Below, one piece after another: positions 24,606-28,372 of a DNA stretch of 28,372 bases. The number at the start of each line of letters is the position of its first letter. Within the stretch, counting starts at the first letter, position 1. The notes under the pieces are model-generated. The model did not search any database and was not told the DNA's origin. It saw only the letters and a program-made list of their open reading frames with translations. The DNA is taken from IMG/VR virus record IMGVR_UViG_2734482782_000001, positions 1 to 28,372 of that record; one strand, given 5' to 3'. The DNA comes from a virus (Duplodnaviria; Heunggongvirae; Uroviricota; Caudoviricetes). Position numbers and translations under genes: made by a program.

Positions 24606-24612
24606 TTTGATT

Positions 24613-24690
24613 TCGTGCAGGCGCAATAACCTACGATTTGAAGCATACACGACAAGTTCGGACAAAATCAAGCTTAATGTGGCTAATATG
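24613..24690 (-). promoter_or_regulatory. Candidate late promoter (PR'-like) / qut region
   Basis: Intergenic region between the Q-like stop and the terminator. Minus strand contains TTGATT-N16-TGTATGCT (weak -35/-10 matches). Assignment by analogy with the lambdoid Q-PR'-tR' layout only. Confidence 0.3.
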
Positions 24691-25494
24691 CTAAATTTTG
24701 TTCACATCATCACGAAAGCTCGTTGCGTCCTGAAACGCCGAGTCTGCTTTTTGTTCTTCTCTGTAGCAGACGTCGACAAGCCCCTCCAGAAACGGTTTCC
24801 AGTTACGGGTCCACGTTCTGACGTGCAGATCCGGGACTCGCTTCAGTATCGCTTTATAGGCTGCAGTAGACGGCACCCCAGAAAATCCATTTCCGCTGCA
24901 GCGCTCGCAGGTTTTAAACACCGGCGCGCCGCGCTCGCTTGTGGCTTTGCGGTCGAGCACCTCACCTTTGCCACCGCAACGGCATCGAGCCAGTAGCTCA
25001 CCTTTACCGTTACATGCCGCGCATGTACGCTTGACCAGTTCGTGCTTGATTTTCGGCGGTACGATTTCCATTCCGTCAGAGTTGAATATTCCAGGATATT
25101 TGATCACATCCTCATACTGAGAGGTTAATCCGCTGCCGCTGCAGCTGTGACACGTCACGCTGGTTTCCGCTGAACGGGAGTATTCTGCAAAGGCGAATTG
25201 TGCGAGCACCAGCATGCACCAGCCAAACTCTCCTGCAGCTGCTTTACGTACATTCCTGGGCGCTGATTCCATTGCATGACGCGCCAGAGCCTGTACAGCC
25301 AACTGCTCATCGCTTTTGCTGATCCCGGTCTTACCAAAGAATGCAGCCAGACCAAACCGCGCGCGGCTGCTGGTGGTACCAATGGCCGCCATAACATCGG
25401 TGCCAGTGATACGATCTGGAGAGGTTCCTTTCACGTCGTCGCTGATGTGCATCCCCTGAGGGCTGAAGTGTTTAAGTGAAGCTTCCAGTTTCAT
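24691..25494 (-). CDS. Putative late-gene antiterminator (Q-like) with DnaJ-type zinc finger
   Basis: 267 aa, ATG overlapping the primase stop (ATGA). Four CxxCxGxG-type motifs (CHSCSGSG, CAACNGKG, CRCGGKG, CERCSGNG). Sits immediately upstream of a promoter/terminator unit and the lysis genes. Confidence 0.5.
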   Translation of the reverse strand: MKLEASLKHFSPQGMHISDDVKGTSPDRITGTDVMAAIGTTSSRARFGLAAFFGKTGISKSDEQLAVQALARHAMESAPRNVRKAAAGEFGWCMLVLAQFAFAEYSRSAETSVTCHSCSGSGLTSQYEDVIKYPGIFNSDGMEIVPPKIKHELVKRTCAACNGKGELLARCRCGGKGEVLDRKATSERGAPVFKTCERCSGNGFSGVPSTAAYKAILKRVPDLHVRTWTRNWKPFLEGLVDVCYREEQKADSAFQDATSFRDDVNKI

Positions 25495-26468
25495 GCGGCC
25501 ACCTGCTGCTTTTTATAGAATACCAACTCACGAACCTGATCGCCGTTCATGAGCATGTCGTTGAAGTCCCCGTTATCCGGGTAGTAGATGCTGATTTTTT
25601 CCAGGTCATTTTTTGCCAGTAAGTTGGCATGGGCACATTCCGTGGCCGCAGCCAATCCGGTGGCGCTGTTTACGTCTCGATCTGCGAAAATAATCAAATT
25701 CTTCACACCTGCAGGAACTCGGAATTTCTTCATGAATCCGCTGGTCATGGTGGCCCAGGTGTTAACGTTGTACAGCTGCTTGCAGGAAAGAGCCGTTTCG
25801 ATACCCTCGGCAATTCCGAGGGTCGTCGCTACCGGGAACATTCGAATAGCGACGGAACGGGCATGATCCAGATAGCTTTCGTCCTGAAGAGATTTCTGCC
25901 GCTTCGCTCCGGAAGAATCCCTTAGTTGGGCTTTCTGATTGCCGTCCAGTAAGGTTCTGTGCAGATAGCAAAGCTCGCCTTTGTCGTCAGTTGCGAGTGA
26001 ATACAGACACTGGTAAACCTTACCGCCGTAGCGTTGTTTATCATTGAACTTCACTGCCTCTTGTGGGAGCTGATAAATTCCCCTGGCCTGCAGATAATCC
26101 GCTCCGGTAGTTCCTTTCAGGTTGACCAGTTTCGAAAATTTGGACAGAACCCGATCACGGGCGCTTACTGCATCTGAAGTGCGCGGGAACGCTTCGCGGG
26201 TAAAGTTATTACCAATCAGCTGGTCTATTTCCCTGCAAATTTCATTGAATGGCTTCCCTTGTGTCAGAGTGACAAGCTTCATTCCGTCACCGCTGCCGCA
26301 GGTACAGATCCATGTTCCCCGGCCGTCCCGGTCATCAATACGCAGCTTTCCCCGCGCACCACATACCGGACATTCACCTTTAAAATGATTTCTGGCATTA
26401 ATGGGAGGTAACCCGAAGTGCTCAAAAATCATTGCCCATTGACCTTTTGCCGCTTCTGCCGTTTTCAT
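25491..26468 (-). CDS. DNA primase (zinc-ribbon plus Toprim domain)
   Basis: 325 aa, ATG overlapping the helicase stop. N-terminal Cys cluster CPVCG...CTCG. Toprim signatures IAEGIETALS (conserved Glu) and IIFADRDVN (DxD). Confidence 0.75.
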   Translation of the reverse strand: MKTAEAAKGQWAMIFEHFGLPPINARNHFKGECPVCGARGKLRIDDRDGRGTWICTCGSGDGMKLVTLTQGKPFNEICREIDQLIGNNFTREAFPRTSDAVSARDRVLSKFSKLVNLKGTTGADYLQARGIYQLPQEAVKFNDKQRYGGKVYQCLYSLATDDKGELCYLHRTLLDGNQKAQLRDSSGAKRQKSLQDESYLDHARSVAIRMFPVATTLGIAEGIETALSCKQLYNVNTWATMTSGFMKKFRVPAGVKNLIIFADRDVNSATGLAAATECAHANLLAKNDLEKISIYYPDNGDFNDMLMNGDQVRELVFYKKQQVAA

Positions 26469-28081
26469 GCTCTTTTTCCTAACTGCTGTTTGATATCGCT
26501 AATCGCTTTCTGTGCCTGCTGTACTGAGGATGGGGCTGCCATGCTTGTTGCCTCCTGCAGGCGCTTGGCCTTCTCCTGCCCTTTCGCATACGCAATCAAT
26601 TTGTGTCGGATGAAATTAGAGACGGTTGGCGTGATCTCCATCGGGAAATCGCTTAACCCGTTAGGCCACTCGTCAAACCGTTCGCGAAAGGTATTTGCGC
26701 ACCAGCCATCGCTGACGGGCTTTTTCCCCTGCGATACGCGCTGACGCTGATAGAATTTGATCTGACTCCACCAGGCCTGTTTCTCTGCCTTCGTGGGCTG
26801 ATGCTGGTTTTTACCCAGCTTTTTGAGTTTGCGGCCGGTGTCGGTGTCGACGTCCTCACCGCCCAGCGGCTTATGCCCACATTTCGGGCATACATAGACG
26901 CCAGCTGGCTTCATGTAATGGCATTGAGAGCATTCGTGTGGCAGCTTTTCGGCCCGTTCCTCAGCTGCGCGGCGCGCGCTTTCCTCCATGCCGTCAGACT
27001 TACCGGGAAGATCGTCGTACTCGATTGAATCCGGATAACCCAAACGGTGCACGGTACCGCTATGATCGAAGATGAGGCAGGACTCTTTACCCGGTGCGGT
27101 GCGCAGGCCACGCCCGAGCGCCTGCAGCCAGCGAATTTCGCTTTTTGTTGGCCTGGCGTAGATGATGCAACGAACGTCACTATCGAAGCCGGCCACCAGA
27201 ACGCCCACACTAACGATAATTTTCGTTGCACCGGTTTCAAAGCGGTGAATGATGGTCTGGCGTTCATCCACTGGAGTGTCGGCGGTCATGATCTCAGCGT
27301 TAACACCCGCAAGGTTAAACTGGATTGTCAGGTAATTGGCGTGGGCTACGTTGACGCAGAAAGCGATGGTAGGAAGATCCCGGCCATTCTCCAGCCAGTT
27401 CTGTACGATGTCGCCCACCAGCGTAGAGCCGCACATGATTTCAGCCAGCTGCGTTTCGTTGTAATCGCTGCCGTACTCAAGCGATGCTTTGGTTTTAACA
27501 CCTTTCAGATCCGGCTTAGTTGGCGCGTAAAATTCGTATTTACTCAGATCGCCACGCTGGATTAACTCGCCGATGGTGGTCGGCTTAATCAGTCGGTCAT
27601 AGTATTTGCCCAGGAACGGGGAAAACGGAGTACCCGACAGGCCAATCACCTTTACGCCTTTGCCGCGCAGACGTTCGATATCCTTCAGGATGCGTTTTTT
27701 ACGCAGGTGTGCTTCGTCGATAATCAGCAGATCGATATTTTCAGGAAAAACACGACGAATAAGCGTGTCGGCGCTGGCAATCTGAATTTTCCGGTCCGGA
27801 TCGTAGTTCGGGTGATCTGCCCAGATATAACCGATTTCATCCCCCGGTAACCCATACTCCACGAACCGATTAGCCGTCTGACCGATCAGGATGGTGTACG
27901 GTGCACAGAACAGGACGCGCATACCACGGCTGACAAACCCGGCGACGATGAAGGCGGCCAAACCCGTTTTACCGCTACCGGTTGGCGAGTACACCATGAA
28001 GGTGTCGTTTGCCTTCCAGTCACGGCGCAACATGTTTAGCGCTCGTTCCTGTGCAAAATTCGGCGTGATCGTCAGCTCCAT
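26465..28081 (-). CDS. SF2 DEAD/DEAH-box replicative helicase with C-terminal zinc ribbon
   Basis: 538 aa, ATG with GGGGG SD. Walker A SPTGSGKT, motif II LIIDEAH, motif III SGT, motif VI QALGRGLR, and C-terminal CSQC...CPKCGH. Confidence 0.85.
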   Translation of the reverse strand: MELTITPNFAQERALNMLRRDWKANDTFMVYSPTGSGKTGLAAFIVAGFVSRGMRVLFCAPYTILIGQTANRFVEYGLPGDEIGYIWADHPNYDPDRKIQIASADTLIRRVFPENIDLLIIDEAHLRKKRILKDIERLRGKGVKVIGLSGTPFSPFLGKYYDRLIKPTTIGELIQRGDLSKYEFYAPTKPDLKGVKTKASLEYGSDYNETQLAEIMCGSTLVGDIVQNWLENGRDLPTIAFCVNVAHANYLTIQFNLAGVNAEIMTADTPVDERQTIIHRFETGATKIIVSVGVLVAGFDSDVRCIIYARPTKSEIRWLQALGRGLRTAPGKESCLIFDHSGTVHRLGYPDSIEYDDLPGKSDGMEESARRAAEERAEKLPHECSQCHYMKPAGVYVCPKCGHKPLGGEDVDTDTGRKLKKLGKNQHQPTKAEKQAWWSQIKFYQRQRVSQGKKPVSDGWCANTFRERFDEWPNGLSDFPMEITPTVSNFIRHKLIAYAKGQEKAKRLQEATSMAAPSSVQQAQKAISDIKQQLGKRA

Positions 28082-28372
28082 TGTGCTGCCCCCGTGCTGA
28101 TGAGATAATAATTTTGTGATGTGGTTTTCATGGATTCCCCCTCACATGGCTGGTGGCCTCCCCAAAGGCTGCCAGCCTCCCTTCTGATTCAGCTCCTCTG
28201 AAAAAATCACTCTTCCAGGAAGAACCCTTTACGTTTCTCAGCGCCTGAGCGCTTTGTACTATCTTGCTGATACAGGCGTTTTTTAAATTGCGCCCTTAAG
28301 ACAGTGATCTACTTAACCAATGGATCTCTCCTGTTGGAAAAGACCCTATTCCTACCCCTACACCCAATCCCC
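28082..28372 (-). promoter_or_regulatory. Upstream non-coding leader/regulatory region of the replication operon
   Basis: All three minus-strand frames hit stops within about 80 nt of the window edge. Contains a 19-codon uORF (MKTTSQNYYLISTGAAQWS) with GAGGGGG SD whose stop overlaps the helicase ATG, and a short inverted repeat AGCGC-N4-GCGCT. Confidence 0.35.

Noticed and set aside
28230-28290. LexA (SOS) box upstream of the helicase operon
   Set aside because: No CTGT-N8-ACAG match. The CTGATACAGG segment lacks the required spacing and symmetry.

Overview
This window is a temperate-phage (prophage-like) segment with almost every gene on the minus strand, so transcription runs from high to low coordinates. 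Reading that way: an SF2 helicase and Toprim primase (replication), a zinc-finger Q-like protein followed by a short promoter/terminator unit, a 183-aa cargo gene, a lysis cassette (holin, SAR endolysin, Rz with embedded Rz1), a tyrosine integrase with a divergent AT-rich small gene, then packaging (TerS, TerL, portal), head, head-tail joining and a contractile-tail/baseplate module (sheath, tube, chaperone with -1 frameshift, tape measure with SLT domain, hub, V, gp46/W-like, J-like, start of a tail fiber). The most interesting region is a strongly AT-rich insertion at about 3173-4838, wedged between the baseplate hub and baseplate V genes. It carries its own sigma70-like promoter and intrinsic terminator and encodes a signal-peptide protein, a 256-aa protein with no recognisable motifs, and a 131-aa protein with HEPN-like Rx6H and RNxxxY motifs. 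I regard it as a candidate accessory defence or toxin-like module of unknown type. Other points worth a second look are a 32-bp element present twice in head-module intergenic regions, three direct repeats plus an inverted repeat between int and terS, and a GPSL-motif glycosyltransferase-like gene in the position where lambdoid phages carry stx. All product calls rest on motif reading and gene order by eye; no database or HMM searches were run. No rRNA, tRNA or CRISPR array was seen.
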